A stretch of 64,000 bases of DNA, from NCBI RefSeq assembly GCF_009914755.1, contig NC_060933.1, one strand, 5' to 3'. The stretch's first letter is position 1. Each line of letters starts with the position of its first letter. The position numbers and the translations under genes were made by a program. Of this stretch, positions 37,449 to 60,440 are shown one piece after another. Origin of the DNA: the human T2T-CHM13v2.0 reference genome, Homo sapiens. The notes beneath the pieces are model-generated. The model searched no databases, was not told the DNA's origin, and saw only the letters and a program-made list of their open reading frames with translations.

Positions 37449-40116
37449 TAGAATGTTTTGTAAATAATTAATAACTGCTTCCCACTGTATGATTCAATAA
37501 CCTATGTATCTTACTCACAGACCTTGTCTACTCTGAGCCAGAGACTACGTGTCCAGTGCAGAAGGAAGACCTGGGGCATAGTCCTCAGAGTCCCAGAAAT
37601 CTCCCAGTTTTGTCTTAGCCTCTTGAATGCCCATATTCTTGAAATTATTGGTAATGTTTGATACTCTGAAAAATCTCTGGTTTATGTGAGTCTGACAATC
37701 AGATTATTTGCATTGACTCAAAGCTTATACAAACCTCATTTATTGTCAGCTCCAGTAAATTCTATTCCCTGCATAGAAGACAGACATAAGTAAAAAGAGC
37801 AAAGATCTCCACTTTTTCCACAAGTTCTTCTCTTCCTTTTTAGTAGCCTTACTGGTGCAGAGGCAAGTATTTGCTATAGTAACATCAACAGTAATAAAAT
37901 AATATATTCTTTTGTTCATACTCCGCCCTAACAAAAAGAATTTGAGATGCCTACCTTAATTGTGTACATTCAACATTTAATTAATTAATTGTGGTTTTGT
38001 TATCACACTACGCGTTCCTCAAGGCCAAGGGGTATGCTCATTTTATATCCTCAGCAGGTATGCTAAACAAACATTTTTTTTGCCAGTGTGTTTCTCTTTA
38101 TTAAATTTAACCAGGTATACCTGACCATTTCCAGATTTTCTTAGATTTTTTTGAGTAAATATAGAATTTTAACCCAATACGTTTAGCATTTGAGCTCAGT
38201 CAAGTCTACGTTTTATGCTCCCACCTCTCTCTCTCTCTTTCTGGGTGCCATCCCCAATGCAGTGGGCTTACATGTATCATGACAAAGGGAAAAAGAGGTA
38301 CTCTATTGTCATTCCGTGTCCTTTACATCTTAGACTGAGGTGTCTTCCCTATTCCCCATGCACCCGCTCCTGCACCTCCCATGTTGGTGTCTGCTAAATA
38401 ATTTTGGATTTGTCAGTATGTTTATTCACCAGATCTATGCATCCTCACCCCAGCCCTGGGGATACTTGCTGCACATTTGCCCCCTCTCAGACATTTCTGT
38501 TCCCGTCTGAGAGGTACAGAAAACTTTTGAATGTTTGCCCATTTGCCATACCCAGGTGTTTAATATTCCCTGAAACTGCTCTCAGACCCATCCATTTAAG
38601 TTGCTGACTCAGCTGATACTCCATCTTTCAGCACTTCATGAAGCTTCTCCATGGAGTTGGAATTTTGCCCTGGCCACCATTTGAAAGGTGAAGCACATAC
38701 TTGGACTTATTTTCTCAGGTTGCTAATTCTCTCATTCATGCTTGATGCAGGAATTATAGTAAAACATAGGACTTCACTTCTCATAGAACCATACCAGCAT
38801 CTACTTGTATTGCTTTTCTATGTCAGTTTCCTATATCATTGTATCTCTTCAGTTAAACTTCACCACCTTCCATGCGAGAGAAGTACCTCTTACATTACAA
38901 AATATAGTAGTAGCAAGTCATTTCGTCTTTTACTATTGATATTCCAAGCCAAGTTTTTGAAATGCATCTCAAGGAAGCCTGTAATCTCTCAAAAAGCCCA
39001 GGTCCTATAATTCAAAGTTATATCAGACTTCAAGTCCATATCTTGGCCCTGAGTTTGAAAAAAAATCACACCTTTACAACAAACCTAAATAAGTTTTTTT
39101 TTTTTTTTTTTTTTTTTGCTTTCCCTGGGATTTTGACTTTCCTTTTCTAAGGTGATGTAAAGAAGAAAGCAATGAGACAATAAGGGTCACGGAGTGAATG
39201 GAATGAATGGGTACTCTATTTTTGCAGCAACAAAAAGTAAAATTTCCCTTCACATTGCCAAACTGTGTCTTGTCTTACATCTTCAGTGCTTAGAATAGTT
39301 TGATATATAGAAGATAAATAGTAAATATTTGCAAGACAATTTAGTATCTAAAACAATCCTCTGAGTTAGCCAAGGAAGAGAATACTATCACTCTTACTTT
39401 GCAGGTGTATAATTAGAAGCTGAAAGTCAATGGCAGAACCAAAATTGGAGCATAGATATTCACACCAAGTCCAGTACTCATTCCTTCATACCACCACTGC
39501 TCTTTGAGCCCTTGCATTTTAAATATTCCATGTCCTCTGAAGTGTTGACATACAAAGTTTTTACCATGACTCATACTAAGAAATACATTTTACATAGTAA
39601 TAAAGTAGCCACATACTTGTATGTATAGCACATATAACTGAGACTAAAATTTTATGAAGTAATAATTATTCTTATAACTGTGATGCACTTCTATATTCTC
39701 TATTTTTTTCTCATGTTCTGTTTTACTTCATTTAAAACAATGCTGGTCATGACCCAGTAAAGTGACTTCGTGATCTACTAATGGAAGATGGAAAACACTG
39801 TACCAAAACATTACCCTTTCTCTATCTCCTATCCCCCATAAAAAAGAGATTCAAGGCCAATTTTTACTATAGGAAAATACCAGAAACCCAGGCTGAGACT
39901 TGATTTATGTATTTTATCTCAATACCAAAGTTTTTATAATCCCAAACAAAATTTCATGAAAAATCCTGTAATATTGCGTTCTGAGGTTTGAGTCATGGAG
40001 AGGGGATTTCTGGAATTTATCTTGGAATTTGGTATTGTGGTCTCAGTGGACACAACTATACCTGGCTATCTGCTGGGAGTCATATTGAAGATGAGATGAT
40101 CACTCTAAATCTAAAT

Positions 40117-40299
40117 CAAAGGATCTCAACCTTGCCTGCATATTAAAATCACCTAGAGAGCGTTTTTTTTTAAATCCCCAAATCTGGGCTCTATGCCAGA
40201 TCAGTTAAATCAGAATCTCTGGGAGGTAAGAACCAGGAATGAGTTCTATTGCAAACACTCCAGGTAATTTTTAAGTGCTGTCAAGGTTGCGATCCAATG
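40117..40299. mobile_element. MER5-like hAT MITE
   Basis: ctcaaccttgcctgcatattaaaatcacct...aaatcagaatctctggg...ctccaggtaatttt. Confidence 0.7.
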
Positions 40300-40681
40300 C
40301 TCTATGAGAATCAAATATTGTGGTTTCTGCAGTACAATCTCACATTTTTACAACTATTGCTAGGTAGTAAATTATTCTAAAAACAGTCTCTGCAGGATCT
40401 ATTCTGACATTAATGTGGGTATGGTGATACTGTGTTCAAATTTTTCCAAGAAACTATTTTGAATATTGCATTGCATTGTTTCTGAAAGTATATTCATGCC
40501 TATCATACTATATGGATTTAGGAAACTCTGGTTCAGACATTACTATACTCTCTATTAATGGTTTTCTTATTATATTAAATATATATTATTATATATTATA
40601 TATAATACATATTATATAATATATATTATATTATTGTATATAATATATAATACATATTATATAATATTAATATAATATTAG

Positions 40682-41024
<343 letters not shown>

Positions 41025-42031
41025 ATATATTAATATTATATATATTATTTTATATTATATATAAAAACTACCTGGAGAACTCATTAAAACACAGGTTCCT
41101 ATGTCACCTCCGGTGACCCTGATCTAGTACACCTAAAGAAGGGTCTTTAAATTTGAATTTTCAACACACTCTCAGAGATGCTTATGCTAGTGCAGGCTTG
41201 GTCATTACACTGTGTGGCACTATCCCCCAGTCCTACTTTAAGCTTTGGGTTCTGCAAGACCAAACTTTAGACATAGGTGGCACCCCATACCTAGGGCTAC
41301 ATGATCAGGCCCTGAATAGGAAATATGTGGAGGTACCACGACTGCTTTATGAGTTATTATAATTTTAATATATGAACAACCGTGAAGGTGATCTGTGAAT
41401 TATCTGTGGACTAAACTAGCTTGTTCACAAAAGATATTTCAAGTACATGATAACTTGCCCGAAAACACACATTTCACAGAACAGAGTCCTGGGAACAAGC
41501 ACTTCTGGTCCAGGGACACTAAAAGAAAGCCACAGACTAATTCAGCAAGAAAGTGGCCCTTCTATAACATCACTCATTAGCAAAAGTTAATTGTGCTGCC
41601 AGGCTCTTCCAGGCACAATCCTTGATAATGATTACTCAGAGGTCAAGACACAATCTCTATCCTCAAACTTCTCACAGTCTAAAATGGCTCACACAAATAA
41701 GTAATACGGTATTAACAATGCTAAGATATAGATAAACACAGGTGCTGTATTAGCACAGACAGGAAATAATTAAGGAAGGTCTCTTTGAAGAGGTAGTGTC
41801 TTGAACTTAGCTTGGCAAATGGCCGTTTGACATTCTGGGGAGCTCTGAAAAGATTGATGAGCCTGTTGAATCAGAAACTACATTTTATCAAGATTTCTGT
41901 GACTCCTGTGCACATTAAAGTTTGAGAAGCATTGATTTAAATAAATTCCAATTTTCACAACTATAAAAATTAGATTTAATACTGACCACATAGATTTTTG
42001 TAAAGAACAATTTATAAAGTGAAAGTAACAC

Positions 42032-42760
<729 letters not shown>

Positions 42761-42909
42761 TACCAATGTGTATTATCTCTTGAGCCTATTGTTCAATGCA
42801 GTAGATTTGGAAGAATATAAAAAAGAAAAGCAAATACTACTTCTTGCATGTTTTCTTTCTCAAATTTTGAATTTTACAAGGTGAAACTCTCTTAAGAAAT
42901 AAACAATAA

Positions 42910-49697
<6,788 letters not shown>

Positions 49698-52600
49698 AAG
49701 AAATAGACAATGAACGCTTTCTGCTTTTTGGTGAAATCTGTCAATATTCCCCAAGTGATCTGATTAATTCTCTCAGGTTCCAGCAGAAGATATGTGGACC
49801 ATCTGAGAAACACCAGGGTGAAGCCTGTTGTATGTGTGAGTAGACCTAGCAAACCGATGTACATGGATGGAATGACAATTACTCACTAGGTATAGAAAAT
49901 TGTTCCTTGTTGCCTTATAACCGATATTTCTGAAAACTCACACACTAATACATACATGTGAGTGCATGCCCACCCTTCTGTGTTACAGTTCATTATTCAT
50001 CCATTTCAGATTCATCCAAATCTTATTTATTGGGTAGCTACTCTGCGCCTGGCATTGTCCTAGGCTAGAAGTACAACAATGTGATATCTTGATATGGTCC
50101 TCAACACACAGAGTCATCTGCTGACACCTGTAGCAAACTTAACAGATCAATGTAATTATTTTCCCTTACAGACTACAACCTACAATTGATCAAACAGTTC
50201 CAATACCAATTCAGTATTACTTAATTAATTCACTCATTCATTAATTCATCATTTGCTCAAATACTTGCTGAACACAAACTATTTGTTAAGCACCATCTAG
50301 AAGCATCACGCTTGACTATAATTTGACAAACTTAGAAGTAAAAAAGTGACAATTTCCAGTTACAACAACCTTCCATTATGATTTGTTTTGAAGATGAATT
50401 CTCTGAGGAATGCCATACTTAAGGTTACATTAATCACAATAGTGTGAATAATGTTTTGCTCAGTAATTGAATGAAGAGTTTTTATTTGAAGCCTTTGCAG
50501 CTTCCCTAGAATTATCTTATTTGAATTTCCAAGTTCTTGCCATTTTTCCTTTTCTACTTTGATTTCTTCACAAGGTGATGTGCCACTGTGAGTATTCACT
50601 TGTTCCTTCAATTAAAAGTGCAAGGTTATCCCAGAGTTAAATAGTATTATATATCTGTGGAATATAGAGATCTAAAAGCCCTTTATGTTATTGTTCTCAT
50701 AAATTGTACTAATATTTTGACGAGAGGCTAATTGGGCCAAGTTAAAATATCAATTATTTATTATTAATTTTATTTTATGAAAAAAGTCGGGAGTGAGTTT
50801 CCACTCAACTGAGGCAACATAGGACCCGAAGACAGAAGCCTGACAGATGCAGAATAATGTGACGATCCCAGGCTCAGAAGGGAGGGAGGAAGAAAGGAGC
50901 TTGGAAAACAGTGACGAAAGTTAGAGAGAAAGTAGCTTCTGGGTCCTCCTTAGCAAATCCAAAAAGGGCAGATAATTTCTGCATGTGAACTAGAAAGTAT
51001 AAGAAAGCTTGTGAGTATTAGAATTGGATTCTTTTGTAATACTGCAATATGACAAGTGGTTTAAATAATTTTACCTTCCAAATGTAATGTCATATAGATA
51101 GGAGAAAGGCTCTAAAGAAATATTCCACAATGTTATCTTTGTAACTAACCCAGAAAGATGAGATCACTAGATAGTCTCCCTTACTCTTGAATTCTCTGTT
51201 GTCCACAGTGTGCATGTTTTGATCTAATAAGAAAAAAAAAATCAATACTCATTTTAAAATGAAATGCTCTCTTCTTTTCCTGTCTTCAGAAATAATCACT
51301 TTCCAGTTTTGAGTAGGACTAAGTTTATTGCAAAGGAAAATTTTTTAGTTTTAAGTGAGCTTGTAACTGAAATCATGCCTTCCATTTCAATTTCTCTCTT
51401 AAAAATGGAATGCAGAGCTTTTTGATTTGGAAAATGTATTTGTCAGCTATTCCCAAGACTAAGCACTTTGTGGTGCCCCTCCCTTTTTAACTGCAAAATA
51501 ATATTATCACTTCCCAACAGCCCATTCTTATCAGGGATTAGCTGGCTTTACCTCCACAACCACCAGTTCCTGGTAAACAGAAAAACAAGTAAATAAATAA
51601 AAATACCAACAATTCAGAAACGTAAATACCACCTACCTCCACTACAGGATGTGCTATGGGTGACAGGATAATTTTACAGCCTGTAAAAATGCAGAGGATA
51701 TAGCTAAGAAAGTATTTCATGTGCAAAACATTGAAAAGGTACAGGGGTCTCAATGGACTAGAGCAACTGTTACCCAGGATATGGCAGTCTGGCCCCTAAA
51801 TCTCTTCATACTAAGATAACCATACAAAAACACCTGGAGATAAGCACATTAGTCTGGATTAGTTGCCTGCTAGGTCCCACGGGAAGGATCCTACTCATTC
51901 TTCAGTATCATGACCATGGGTGCTGATCCTCTTGACAACCTGCCCTGGCTCTGCTGTCAATTACCCTCCCTGCTATATTACTTCTGTGACTTATCCGTGC
52001 TTCTGTTGCTGGTTTTACTCATAATCATTTCTTTATGTGACAATCTCTCTATCCAGCTGTAAGCACCCCACATTTAGGAAAATACATTCCCTGTGTCTCT
52101 GTCCTCAGAGACCAGCTCTTGAAGTGCAACCTAATGATAATCAGTACACATTCGTAGAGTTGAGCTAAAATCCCTGAGGACTACTTCTGGCCTCCAGGCC
52201 TGCCTACAGGCTACCACTTACTTAATAAGCTGTTGTACTGAACAGATGGATTTCAAACCCTAGAAATCCAGTTCTAGAGTATTCGCTTTTAACCACTAGG
52301 CTAGCCCGCCTCAAGATTTCCCCTCTTAGGAAAAGTAAGTAGAAGGCTTTGAAACATAATCTTTTTAAGCTACACACCTAGGACTTCTCTTAGGTCATGT
52401 TCTCTCACTTGAGATATCTTTATATTTTGAAGGATTTATCCAATTCATGCTGATATTGATAACACTGAACCATAATTACTAGTGTCTGCATTTCAAATCT
52501 TGACTATTCTCTCACCTTCCTATGAACCCTCTATAAGCTACTCACTGTGTGAGGCTCCTGCCTTGCAGTCTCACAACACGAATCCTTAGCAATCCTTTTA

Positions 52601-53102
52601 AGTGTTATACTTACAACAAAACTATAACAGTCCAGTCACTGTAGTATTCACACAGTAGGGATCTCAGAACACAGCCATAAAAGGCTGACTCTTTAATACT
52701 TTCTCACTGTGATGGCTCACTCAGGACTGTCCCGTATGGTCTTCACTGCCTCATATTCCAGCCACATCCTAAGACTTCAAGGTGGCACATAAATTAATGT
52801 TCCTTCCAAAATCCTATTAAATTGTTAGTATATTGAGGATAACCCATATATAGTCCCAATCTGAGAATGGGGCTATCAGTGATCAGATATATTAACGAAT
52901 TTTTATAATATGGAAAGCAGTATCGATTATTCTGATAAAACCAGAACAGAGAAAGCAAAAAGCCCAGAACACAAGTCAAGTAATCCATAGTTGAAGAGGA
53001 AGCTATGGACAAAGACCCCCAACTCGGTCATGATGCAGAAGTTTAAGTAATTAGAGAACTGTACAGAACAGCCAGACCAGTTATCCCTCTACTATCCACC
53101 CC

Positions 53103-53103
<1 letters not shown>

Positions 53104-53158
<55 letters not shown>
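53104..53158. repeat. (CA)~27 pure microsatellite
   Basis: Seen directly. Confidence 0.97.
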
Positions 53159-53160
<2 letters not shown>

Positions 53161-53359
53161 GAGTCAGGAATAAAGGCCTTTTGCCAAGGCAAAGGTAAAA
53201 TCTCTAATAATAGTGTTCCTGCCCCAGAGTTAAAGCTCTCTTTAAGGTATCCGGCCTGTGTTTTCCCATTCATACAAATTGGGACAGGTTGACACACCGT
53301 GTCCATGAACAAAGAGTTCAAGTCATTACCCTGAGCAGTCTCATCTGGGAACATTTACA

Positions 53360-53721
53360 TTTGATGTTCCCTCGCTTGGCATGTTCTTTATCTGATTTAC
53401 ACATGGCTTTCTTCTTTCTTCCTTTGGGCCTCTGCTCAAACTGTCATCATACTAATAAAGCCTTCTATGACCAACCTATATGAAACAGTCACAAATCTTT
53501 CTTCATTCACACCAGTATCTAGCCTCCTTACTCAGCTTTATTTTTACTACCTGAATTATTATTTTTATTTATTTGTTTACTTGTTATCTCCCTCTACTAA
53601 AACATAAGCTTCATGAGTGTAAGGAGTTGATTTGTTCACTGCTGATTTTCTGATGTTTATGACACTATCTGGCATTCAGTAGGTATTCAACAAATAATTA
53701 TTGACTATATGAATGAATGAA
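53360..53721 (+). mobile_element. L2a-like 3' end
   Basis: ttcctttgggcctctgctcaaa...tggcattcagtaggtattcaacaaata...atgaatgaatgaa. Confidence 0.7.
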
Positions 53722-54314
53722 CCCAGGAATATGACAAGAAAGCTCAAGATGCCAGCTGTTTTGTGGGTAAAACAAAAGGCCTAAAATAGTGTAAAAATTT
53801 ACAGGGTTCTGAGAATAATGTCTTCATGAAAAGTGGATTCCATTAAACCTAGAGCAACTAGAAACTCTTAATATTTTGAAGGTATATAGTTGTTATGCTC
53901 ACCTAGAAAAGCAAAAGCACTTAGCATCTCCAGAAATAAAGAGATATATGCAAGAACATCATAGTCCAAATATAAACTAAAATGCTAAATGCATTTTAGC
54001 TGAAATGCATCATGACTGAACAATAAAGAGAGTGAAATAAAAAAGACTCCGTTTGACTTTTATGCTTAGAATATTCAGCCTCCAGTAGCACAGGTTTAAT
54101 GTCACAGAATTGTTGACTCTTATTTTCTCCTATGTATCCCAGCCCACCAAAGTAAGAAGAACCTCCTAAGTAATAGCTGAGCAGATTGCTTCATTCTCAG
54201 ACCGGACTATAAAGTTCCCAGTGGTGCAATCTTTATCTTTCCTAGTCCATGGCTTCTGCAGGAACTTCACTACAAGTATGTACTCACTAGCTATGTGTGG
54301 CTATTTAACATTAG

Positions 54315-55725
54315 CCCTCCCCCTCCCCCTCCCCTCCCCCTCCTCCTCCCCCTCTCCCTCCCCTTCTCCCTCTCCCATTACCGAGGCTGGACTGTACTGC
54401 CGTGGTCTCGGCTCGCTGCAGCCTCCCTGCCCCGGGCTCCCCATGGTTCTCCTGCCTCAGCCTGCCCAGTGCCTGGGACTGCAGGCGCGCGCCGCCACGC
54501 CTGACTGGTTTTTGTATTTTTGGAGGAGACGGGGTTTCACCCTGTTGACCGGGCTGGTCTCCGGCTCCTGACCTCGAGTGGTCTGCCCCCCTCGGCCTGC
54601 CGGGGTGCCGGGATTGCAGACTGAGTCTCGCTCACTCAATGCTCAGTGTTGCCCAGGCTGGAGTGCAGTGGCATGATCGCAGCTCGCCACAACCTCCACC
54701 TTCCAGCCGCCTGCCTTGGCCTCCCAAAGTGCTAAGATTACAGCCTCTGTCCAGCCGCCACCCCGTCTGGGAAGTGGGGAGCGTCTCTGCCCGGCCGCCC
54801 ATTGTCTGGGATGTGGGGAGCCCCTCTGCCCGGCCACCCCATCTGGGAAGTGAGGAGCGCCTCTGCCCGGCCGCCCCATCTGGGAAGTGGGCGCCTCTGC
54901 CCGGTCGCCCCATCTGGGAGGTGAGGGGCGCCTCTGCCCGGCCGCCCCATCTGGGAGGTGAGGAGCGCCTCTGCCCAGCCACCCCGTCTGGGAGGTGGGA
55001 CCGCCTCTGCCCGGCCGCCCCGTCTGGGAGGTGAGGAGCGCCTCTGCCCAGCCACCCCGTCTGGGAGGCAAGGTGCGCCTCTGCCCGGCTGCCCAGTCTG
55101 GGAAGTGAGGAGCGCCTCTGCCGGACCACCCTGTCTGGAAAGTGAGGAGCGCCTCTGCCTGGCCGCCCCATCTGGGAGGTGTACCCAAAAGCTCCGAAGA
55201 GACAGCGACCATCGAGAATGGGCCATGATGACGATGGCGGTTTCATTGAAAAGAAAGGGGGGAGATGTGGGGAAAAGAAAGAGAGATCAGATTGTTACTG
55301 TGTCTGTGTAGAAAGAAGTTGACATAGGAGACTCCATTTTGTTCTGTACTAAGAAAAATTCTTCTGCCTTGGGATGCTGTTAATCTATAACCTTACCCCC
55401 AACCCATTGCTCTCTGAAACTGGTGCTGTGTCAACTCAGGGTTAAATGGATTAAGGGTGGTGCAAGATGTGCTTTGTTAAACAGATGCTTGAAGGCAGCA
55501 TGCTGGTTAAGAGTCATCACCACTCCCTAATCTCAAGTACCCAGGGACACAAACACTGTGGAAGGCCACAGGGACCTCTGCCTAGGAAAACCAGAGACCT
55601 TTGTTCACGTGTTTATCTGCTGACCTTCTCTCCACTATTATCCTATGACCCTGCCACATCCCCCTCTCCGAGAAACACCCAAGAATGATCAATAAATACT
55701 AAAAAAAAAAAAAAAAAAAAAAAAA
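54315..55725 (+). mobile_element. Full-length SVA (SVA_A-like)
   Basis: CCCTCC/CCCTCT head 54315-54377, antisense Alu-like domain, short VNTR (about 54746-55178), SINE-R with gctccgaagagacagcgaccatcgagaa, AATAAA 55691-55696, poly-A; near-TSD aacattag / aaaattag. Confidence 0.95.
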
Positions 55726-55738
55726 TTAGTGCAGTTAA

Positions 55739-56104
<366 letters not shown>

Positions 56105-56146
56105 TGAGTACTCAATAGCCACAAGTGGCTCATGACTACCGTCACA

Positions 56147-56163
56147 TAGATAGACAGACAGAC

Positions 56164-56202
<39 letters not shown>

Positions 56203-56233
56203 CAGACAGATACATACATACATACATACATAC
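56147..56233. repeat. Compound (GATA)n/(GACA)n/(TACA)n tetranucleotide STR
   Basis: Seen directly. Confidence 0.95.
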
Positions 56234-58521
56234 GTAAAATTGAACAGTGAAGAAATAGAACATTTCCATCATTGAAGAAACTCCTATTATTCCAACAAAT
56301 GATGGAGAACAGTAGAAAAAAATGAGTCAAAAAAGATAGGCAACAGTGCATCCTGGTATTTACACATGATTGGACAAGCAACATGTCTGCAGTTGCCAAT
56401 ACCTTCTCAGCTAGGAAAGCCTGGATTTTTACATGTTTATACAAAATCACAAGCCCGTCTCCCCTTTGTTTTGCACCACTGAAATTCTTGCTTAGAATCT
56501 AGCTCCATATTTATGGTATTTTATGAGGCAATATAATATGGATGAGAAACAATCTTGTGTTTCTGTTCTATTTTGGGTAGTAACCCTTAATAATGCTAAG
56601 ACTGCAGGATGTCCTTCAAGTGTTTTGTAAAACATATTTCTGTGATCAAAATTATGTAAAAGTAGTGTTTATTTTCTAAGTGTTGCTCCTGTTTCATTGT
56701 ATTATCTTTTGAATTTTGGAAGAGGCATATTCTTCAGATTGATAGATTTAATTATTTCTAAAATACAATTGGAACTTGAAAGTTAGAGCTTATTTTATTA
56801 TTGACTTTATTTCCCATCAAGATACATTTCTTTCTCTGCTAGGAATCACAATATTTGGTTCTCTATTGAATAACATTTGCATAGTAATAATTTTGTAAAT
56901 GCAGTTTATTAATCTTTTAAAAGCTAAACCATAGAAAAAGCATTGAAGGTAATTATAATTATAGAAGGGAATTCAAAGTCAGGCTGGTAGCTTAAAATCA
57001 TCCACAGAAATAGTAAAATGCTACAGATCAGCCCTCTGCTTCCTCCACCACCGAGTCAGTTTATCATCGAACCACTGGGCCTGAGGCTCTACAAGTTTGT
57101 AAGTTTATGATCTAAATGGTAAATATCAAAGAATAACCTATATTATGACAAAGAGAAATGGAGATTTACATATATATTACTTAGAGTAAGAAATGAAACC
57201 AATAGAATTAAGTAACAATATAAACAACAAAAGTAGGAGGGACGTAGTAATACAAGTCAACCAAATTCCTCATCTTTCGTAGGCAAAGTTTATAGTTACT
57301 ATGTAAAACTGATAAATTGGGAAAAGTAGATTGCAGCATACTGTTTAGAATAATTGTGTTAAGAGAAGGTTTAGGGAAAGAAGACAGAAGTAAATTTCTT
57401 TTCATTTAATATTGCTTCACACTGTCTGAACTTTTATTACATGCATATGTTATTTTAACAAATGTAAAACTTCCAAAATAAGACACATATTAACTACCAT
57501 ATTGACCTCATTCCACCAAATCTTCCATATGAATATGTAAATTGTGACTGATCTTAAACTGTTAAAGGAAAATAAAGGAACAAAAACATTTATCAGGTAT
57601 ATGCCATGTGTACTGTTCTAGGAGTTTCTATATTCATTAATTCTTAACTGTTAAACCCTCTCATGTCCCTGTGAAGCGGATATTATGCAAGAGCACTCTT
57701 GAAATGTAGCAACCTGCAAAGAGAAGGGGTTATATTTGGGGCAGATTTTTATACAGTCCCTACGATAATGGGGACACTCAATATTAACTGTGTATAAAAC
57801 TGACTTTATCAGTGATGTTAGATGTGGAACTACATTTCCCATTGAAGATTCCTTCATTCTTGTTAAAGAATAAAGACTATGAGATGTGAATAGAAGGGGA
57901 AAGTATATTATTGTTTGATCACGCTTGCTTGGCCACAGGTGGGCAAGCAGATTGACCTGTCCATCCAAGCCGAGTAATTCTTCACTCCTTCACTTTTTGT
58001 TTATGACTTTATTTCTTCATCCTTGGCAAGAGCAGAAAGTAAATCATGGCATTTCTTGGCTGAAAGGCAGTGAAACAGCTGTGAGACCCTTGAGATATTG
58101 TTTACTTTACTGCCTCCTGATACACACTCAGTCACTTTTGCTGGACATGCTTGATGGCTTTCGTTCATACAGTTAGCTGTTCCATCTGCTCCACCAATTG
58201 ATGAAGAGGCAGAGAGTGGCTGCATTAAGCTACATTTATTAGTTCATTCATTAAAAATTTATGAGCACTTACCGTCTGCCAGATACTGAGGCAGCTGCAA
58301 ATAGGAACAAATCAGGAACCCTACTCTTAAGGACCTAACAATCTAGTAAGGGAAAACAGACATGTAAATATTAATCATTACACAGTGAGAATGAGTACTA
58401 AAAGAGGTATGCATAATATAAAAACAGAAAAAAATAAGTTTGTATGGGAGAAAAGTGGAGAGAGGCAAACTCAATTGCGAGGTAATTATGACAGGCCATC
58501 TGACTTCCAGAGCTACCCATA

Positions 58522-58946
58522 TGTGGGAAGCTGAAAAATCACCCCCTAAAGATATTACTTCCTAATCCCTGGAACCTGTAAATGTTATTTTATATGGAAA
58601 CTGGGTCTTCACAGATATGATTAAATTAAGGGTTTTGAGATTGGGAGAAGATCCCGGATTCTCAGTGTGGTTCCTAAATGCAGTCCCATAAGGAGAAGGT
58701 AATTTGAGGATGAAGGCAAAGATCAGAGTGATACAGCCACAGGCCAAAGAATGCCAACCACCACCAGAAGAGGAAAGGAATGGCTTATCCTTTACAGGGA
58801 GGATAGCTCTAGCGACACCTTAATTGTGATTCAGTGATACTGATTTCAGGCTTCTGGCCTCTAGAACTCTGAGAGAAAAAAGTGTGTTGTTTGAAGTCAC
58901 CCAGTTTGCAGGGATTTGTTACAGCAGCCACAGGAGACGAGTATAC
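58522..58946 (+). mobile_element. MLT1 (MLT1C-like) LTR
   Basis: ctaatccctggaacctgtaaatgtta...cttctggcctctagaactctgagagaa...tttgttacagcagccacagga. Confidence 0.85.
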
Positions 58947-59117
58947 CCTGGGATCAGCTGAGGCTTTCTTACAATTGCATTTGAGTTCAACTTCTCTTTC
59001 TGCCAATCCTGTGAAACACACTAAGCCAAGTCTAAAGTAGTCATTCTCTTAGGGTCTAGCTTTTTGTGGCTTAGGTCAAAACTTTAGGATATATAAGAAT
59101 TTGTCAAGAAGAGGAAA

Positions 59118-59630
59118 GTGATAGGTAAATGTATGCATCAATTTGACTGGGCTAATAAGGGATACTTGGATAGCTGGTAAAACATTATTTCTAGGTGTGT
59201 CAGTGAGGGTGTTTCTGGAAGAGATTAGCATTTGAATCTGCAGACTGAAAAAGAAAGATTGCCATCACCAAAACCAGCGGGCATCATCCAGTCTGTTGAG
59301 GGCCCAAATAGAACAAAAAGGTAGAGAAAGAGCAAATTTTCTCTCTCTGGTTGAGCTGGGACATCCAGATTCTCCTGCCCTCAGACATCAGCATTCCTGA
59401 GTCTTAGGTCTTCGGCGCAGACTAAGATACCATCATCTCCCCTGGTTCTCAGGCCTTCGGTCTTGTACTAGAACAACTCTACTGGCTTTCCTGGTTTTCT
59501 AGCTTACAGATGGCAGATCTTGGGAATTCTCGCCTGCCATAATCATGTGAGCCAATTCTTCATAATAAATACTTTTCTATATACAGTACTTATATATATT
59601 CTATTGGTTCTGTCTCTTTGGCAAACTCTA
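59118..59630 (+). mobile_element. MLT2D-like LTR
   Basis: gatagctggtaaaacattatttctaggtgtgtcagtgagggtgtttctggaagagattagcatttgaatc...cctgccataatcatgtgagccaattct. Confidence 0.85.
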
Positions 59631-60214
59631 GAGAAAGGGGAAATGGTCAGGGAAGGAACAATGTGTAAAAGCATGAGAGAACCCAGTGAAGTTGAAGACC
59701 TCAGGGTCATTTAGGACATAGATGTTATGGTGAGCCTCACATGTTGAAGCTGTGCTCAGGGTATCCTTATGGCCTAATTTCCTGTTTTGTTTTTTACTTC
59801 TATCAAGCCCAGACCTGACACTAGAAGAGTGGGCCCACCTCATGCAAGGCTTTTCATTTTATGTTTGGATATTATTCTTAAAGCAGTGGGGGTAATATTG
59901 AGCAACTGTTTTAACATGATCCGATTGTGTGTTTCAAGATCATTCATCTGCAGTGTGTAAACACGCGTGAAGGAAAGAAGAGCAGAGGTAACAGGAGTAC
60001 GATGAATGACAAATGCAAAGGGGAACAAGGCCACATGAACTCGGTATATGTTTCATGGAATTTGAAAGGAAACAACTTCAAAAAACACCTGTGATCAGTT
60101 AGTGCTGACCTTGAGCCTCATAACTAAATGCTTAGAGGCTAAAAATGTGAGAGGGAGACAATAGTTCTGAGGACAATGTATCTTTGATTATGGCTGGCAG
60201 AAAGTTGTAGGGAT

Positions 60215-60440
60215 CTGGATCATTTGCCTGGCTTTGAATAAGATCTGCCACTTATTCATAAAATATTGTTAAGCAAGTTTTATGAACTATGTTTGCATTT
60301 TTCACATCTATATCATAAAGATAGTGATGATACTTATTTTATGGGAGTTATTGTGGGAATTAAATGAATTAACATATGTAAAGCACTGAGAAGACTACTT
60401 GGCACATAGAAAATGCTTAATAACATTAGGTATTATTAGT
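60215..60440 (+). mobile_element. MIR SINE
   Basis: gttattgtgggaattaaatgaattaacatatgtaaagcactgagaa...tggcacatag...tattatta. Confidence 0.7.

Noticed and set aside
39540-39800. Possible hAT-type MITE (tgctggtcatgaccc...aaaacactg)
   Set aside because: Probably a DNA-transposon relic, but I could not assign family or boundaries reliably.
54221-55688. 116-204 aa GC-rich ORFs
   Set aside because: Artefacts of the SVA VNTR, Alu-like and SINE-R domains.
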